64,000 nt of DNA, taken from positions 2,400,001 to 2,464,000 of the forward strand of contig OZ257142.1 of NCBI GenBank assembly GCA_965279035.1. The letters are read 5' to 3'. This document shows, piece by piece, positions 63,810-64,000 of this stretch (the first letter of the stretch is position 1; every line of letters starts with the position of its first letter). Both the position numbers and the translations under genes were made by a program. Source of the DNA: Bacteroidia bacterium (GTDB lineage Bacteria; Bacteroidota; Bacteroidia; M30B66). The notes under the pieces were generated by a model. The model had not been told where the DNA came from. It worked only from the letters and a program-made list of their open reading frames with translations, and ran no database searches.

Positions 63810-64000
63810 ATGAATTACAAACTTTTTGGTCATAGTGGACTACGTGTTTCAGAATTGTGCTTGGGAACTATGACCTTTGGTCTTGAATGGGGCTGGGGAT
63901 CAGACAAAGAACAAAGTGCTCAAGTTTTTGAAACATACGCAAATGCAGGTGGTAATTTTGTCGATACAGCCAATCGATACACCGAAGGAACTAGTGAAAA
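63810..64000 (+). CDS. Aldo/keto reductase, 3' end runs off the window
   Basis: Manual translation MNYKLFGHSGLRVSELCLGTMTFG...GGNFVDTANRYTEGTSE; -7 element TACATTTG at 63769-63776. Confidence 0.9.
   Translation, partial: MNYKLFGHSGLRVSELCLGTMTFGLEWGWGSDKEQSAQVFETYANAGGNFVDTANRYTEGTSE

Overview
AT-rich Bacteroidota chromosome segment, judged from TAnnTTTG -7 promoters, three T9SS C-terminal sorting domains and gene content. It carries about 45 CDS, mostly housekeeping (gyrB, recN, fabI, clpC, gyrA, accD, rpsO, pnp, aroE). No rRNA, tRNA, CRISPR, transposase or integrase was seen. The main find is an apparent alpha-glucan-to-glycolysis regulon at 40.6-59.6 kb. A tightly packed minus-strand operon (pfkA-gapN-BadF kinase-GH31-GH13-GH13-fbaA-pgi) lies divergent from an NrtR/AraR-type regulator with a degenerate Nudix box. 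Four copies of a 21-bp palindrome (GTGT-N7-ACAC core) sit at the promoters of that operon, the regulator, a non-catalytic T9SS protein with an inserted putative glucan-binding module, and a GH57. Other observations: a 28-bp XerC/D dif-like site (29638-29665), probable leaderless divergent albA/recN transcripts, an unannotated 47-aa membrane ORF, a REP-like element, an exact 300-bp FN3-like repeat array and a TPR-comA-rhodanese-aroE operon. All calls come from reading the sequence and recalling motifs; no database search was run.
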